From contig CAWIOR010000014.1 in NCBI GenBank assembly GCA_963837825.1, forward strand, positions 242,864 to 306,863: DNA of 64,000 bases, written 5' to 3'. A program made the translations under genes and the position numbers. A model generated the notes under the pieces. That model searched no databases. It was not told the DNA's origin and saw nothing but the letters and a program-made list of their open reading frames with translations. Every line of letters starts with the position of its first letter. Positions within the stretch are counted from its first letter, which is position 1. Shown here one piece after another: positions 63,952 to 64,000 of the stretch. Source of the stretch: an uncultured Chloroflexia bacterium. Lineage in GTDB: Bacteria; Chloroflexota; Limnocylindria; Limnocylindrales; CSP1-4.

Positions 63952-64000
63952 GTGGCTCAGCGGATCCTCGTGCTCGGTGGGGACGGCTATCTCGGCTGGC
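63952..64000 (+). CDS. NAD-dependent epimerase, probably UDP-sulfoquinovose synthase (5' part only)
   Basis: SD AGGAGG then MAQRILVLGGDGYLGW, matching the SqdB-type N-terminus; truncated by the window edge. Confidence 0.6.
   Translation, partial: MAQRILVLGGDGYLGW

Overview
High-GC (roughly 70-75% by eye) bacterial chromosomal segment. The gene complement (HTH-TPR regulator, TPR-HIRAN-like protein, DUF6812-like protein, degenerate DNA-methylase, HTH-PD-(D/E)XK proteins, leaderless promoters) suggests Chloroflexota, possibly Limnocylindria (inference). Most genes carry one or more single-base frameshifts, most likely uncorrected long-read errors, so many CDS are stitched from several ORF-track entries and their ends are approximate. 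Recognisable content: peptide ABC operon with solA and hydrolases, VapBC, a cyclase-STAND-TPR/cNMP-receptor/flavoprotein locus, thyX, PNP, moaA, acs, MscS, IclR/aminotransferase/PuuB-like cluster, MoxR-DUF58-DUF4129, polX, two diguanylate cyclases and an NRAMP/MgtE-N pair. The strongest novel signal is non-coding: arrays of the palindrome GTTG-N9-CAAC with mostly 62-63 bp periodicity flank both sides of an HTH plus PD-(D/E)XK nuclease gene (59662-60369), and gene-free copies lie in three other intergenic regions. Related phased-palindrome families (ATGAG-N5-CTCAT, GTGCG-N5-CGCAC) occur elsewhere. Other highlights are a stand-alone structured ~215-nt RNA next to a DnaA-box-like cluster and a catalytically degenerate methylase-nuclease fusion. 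No rRNA, tRNA, cas gene or canonical CRISPR array was seen.
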